From: Paraspadella gotoi | Lineage: Eukaryota; Animalia; Chaetognatha | Direction of reading: 5' to 3' | Length of the DNA stretch: 64,000 bases | Assembly (NCBI GenBank): GCA_051294375.1 | Contig: CM119269.1 | Location: 5,343,609 to 5,407,608 of the forward strand | Shown here: in pieces, positions 61,375 to 64,000 of the stretch | How the letters are laid out: every line of letters begins with the position of its first letter | Numbering within the stretch: position 1 is the first letter of the stretch | The notes under the pieces: model-generated | The model's database searches: none | What the model saw: the letters and a program-made list of their open reading frames with translations, nothing else | What the model was told of the DNA's origin: nothing | Position numbers and translations under genes: made by a program

Positions 61375-63504
61375 GTTATAACTCTTCAATTTGTCAATTT
61401 TCCCTTTTTTTTATGAGAGATGCGTTTTGTATTTATCTGACCATTGTTAAAGTTCTAATTTCATTGCCGTTTTAATAAAATTTAGGATGTGTTTTAAATT
61501 GTAGTTCTACCTAGGTGTAAGGCGACGCCTGTGAAAATAAATAAAAAAATTTCAAACATTAAATCTTTATTAATCGTAAAGAATGGCTCCGGGCTCCCCC
61601 GTACATCGTAAAGGGCGAAAGTTGCCGTTCGACAATTTTCATTTTCATTCGCAAAAAATAAAATTTATTCTCGTCAGTGTGACTGAAATATACAACGAAT
61701 TACCAATGTAGCGAGATTAACGAATATTTATTTTTCAAAGGGAAAAAGGGAAAGGCAAAACTGCAGTTTCACTGACCTAAGTTTTCAGATCGGCTATTAT
61801 TTTTTTACATCTGTTATACAGCATCTAAATAAATGACGAAACCGCCAAATTTAAAATCTAAATCTGAATTAAATCTGAAATTAAATAAAAATGACTTTCG
61901 AAACGACACCTTGCATTCAAAAGGCTTTTTCGAATGATTTAATAATGAATTATATCTGGCTAATTGTTTTCGACAAAAATATGGCCCAAAGATTAGTAAT
62001 GACTAGCGTTGTTACTAGTAGCACAAAGCATAAAAAAAAAGAAGCCAAATCAGCACCAACCAGCGATGCGACGAGGGAGAGATCGAATTCTATCAAAACG
62101 TTGGGATTTGACAACTAAGTTTAGAGAAAGAATTTTGTCGCAAATTATTACCAAAATATGTACTACTAAACAAATACTCGACTGAGGTAAGTATCTTTTA
62201 TCCTACCGGCTCAAAGTACAAATAAATAAATTCTATAAAGGGACTTCATTATCAAAATAAGCAAAACGAGCATCTAGTTGTTGGTGGAAGCATTTTTTAG
62301 TTGAAACAAATTGGAGAATCTCAGTCAATTTATACTGGAATAAATGAAATTATTGTACGTAAATATTCAAAAATATGGACCGTAACATCGAAATCTCAAT
62401 TATAATCTTGCGTCCCCACGAAATTATAATAATAAGAATTATATTAAGTTTTAAATTAAAATTTCATTCAAAAATTATTCAAATTTGAATGTAACAAATA
62501 TAGTTCAAGTTTTAGGAAAAACAGTTTTAAAAATGTTATTTTACCGATAATATCGGTTAGAAGATAATCTAAACAAAACTAAATCAATTCGACTTCTAAA
62601 AATGAAAACTGAAGAATCAAAACATAGGAAAGTGACCTATAGTATAGTACGGAAAAATGGCTATCTAACTCTAATTTTAACTAGAGATCTACTATAAAAT
62701 TAAAATCAAAAGGGGCAGTGGTACAAAACTTTAGTCTTGATGTCTACTTTCAGGTAGAAAAAGAATTTTTTTAAAATATATAATATTAATAGCCTTCTTG
62801 TTGCTATCAAAATTATTATATTACTATATAATACTTTTTAATCAATCTTGAATTATTTTGATGGATTCTGACAGAGAACAAAAAGTTAACAGAATAAAAA
62901 AAAAATTATACTTTATGTTGACAACTTTTTGCAAACTACCCGAATCCGATATTAAAAATGAAAAAATCTTTAAAAAATTTTTAGTCATTCCTATCTATAA
63001 ATAAATATAAAAAAAATATTATATAGGGTATAAAGTCATATTAAATTTAAAAAAAAATGTATAAATTTTCGTTTGAGCAGGTGCTCAATTAAAATTTTTG
63101 ACCCAACTTACTGAGATAGGCTTCCCCTACTTCAAGAAGCCAATCCAACATCCAAGAAAAACAAAAGACAAAATCTAATCTACATTAACCGATCGTAGTC
63201 AAGAGTCAGCATTAGTCCATTACTCTCGTTAATCGCATCAAGACGTTGGCGACAAACAAAAATCCAGACTAAGAAAAAAAATTAACTAAATATAAATAGA
63301 ATATATCCTTGTTAAATGTCACCTTATGCAGGAGACAAAATAAAAAAAAATGTCAAAAAAAAATGTTTTGAGTCACACTTTTTCAAAGAGAGGGTGGTGA
63401 ATTTATTCTTTAATAAACGAATTCTAGGCATCGATATTTTTAAATTGGGTTCTTTATGTATTGACCTGACCGTAAGTAGTATGTATGTATGAAATTGGTA
63501 TATC

Positions 63505-63540
63505 TGTAAGGGCGTTAATGGACCCATTAACGCCCTTACA
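63505..63540. other. Perfect 17-bp inverted repeat with 2-nt spacer in the CDK12/13 3' UTR
   Basis: tgtaagggcgttaatgg-ac-ccattaacgcccttaca. Confidence 0.9.
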
Positions 63541-63681
63541 CAACCAATGGTCACTCAACGGGCATAGATCTATCTCGGATTCTCAAATTCCGTATTCCTC
63601 CACGGTCGTGCTTACGAAGCCTCTAATCGGCCTCAAGGCTAAAACCTCGAAAAACGTAAATGTAGCTGCCGAGTTCCATCT

Positions 63682-63977
63682 TCATTGATCTTGTTTTTCT
63701 CTCTGCTGTCGTCGGCGTTGCTTGCTCCAAAGCTCGTGACAGTCTTGGTGGCGCGGGAGACTGGACAGGAGGCAATGTCAGGTTTATGCAATTCACTCAC
63801 TCCCCCGTCCGCACCCTTCTCTTTCACCGCCAAACCAAGACTTACTTTGGCGGCTGAATTCTGTCGGAGTCGATGTTCTTGAGCCAAGGGGAGAGAAGAG
63901 CCTCGTCGGCGCTGCATCGGCGCTTCGGGTCCAGCATCAGCATTTTGTCCATCACGTCGAGAGCCAGAGGCGGCAGG
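63682..63977 (-). CDS. CDK12: Cyclin-dependent kinase 12/13, last two coding exons (gene continues beyond the window)
   Basis: Exons 63977-63846 (LPPLALDVMDKMLMLDPKRRCSADEAL...) and 63760-63682 (LPRHQDCHELWSKQRRR...*). DCHELWSK plus a basic cluster is the CDK12/13 kinase C-terminal extension. Confidence 0.9.
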
Positions 63978-64000
63978 CTGACAGAAAAAACAGGGAAATG

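Overview
AT-rich, microsatellite-dense invertebrate (metazoan) nuclear DNA from a draft scaffold with eight N-gaps; there are no prokaryotic features. I reconstructed six genes by hand. (1) An intronless ~755-aa multi-pass membrane protein with an XK-related N-terminal half (22412-24679, -). (2) A tetraspanning MS4A/CD20-like gene with a long charged tail (44719 to ~38691, -), whose 3' exons recur at 27012-29605. (3) An 18-exon, ~867-aa secreted protein of ~80-aa Cys-rich modules plus a C-terminal vWF-A domain (48058-54338, -). (4) A 2-exon secreted acidic Ala-rich coiled-coil protein (56453-57304, -). (5) A 7-exon secreted coiled-coil/C1q protein (59276-61374, +). (6) The last two exons of CDK12/13 (63682-63977, -). 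The first 42 kb is dominated by three large direct duplications, each tied to an exactly 25-N gap and containing indel-rich sequence, so they are probably uncollapsed haplotypes or long-read gap overfill. It also holds a ~7.8-kb array of ~15 x 512-bp satellite units and several non-autonomous elements (tRNA-SINE, Transib-like, Helentron/DINE-like). All family calls come from motif recognition by eye; no searches were run.
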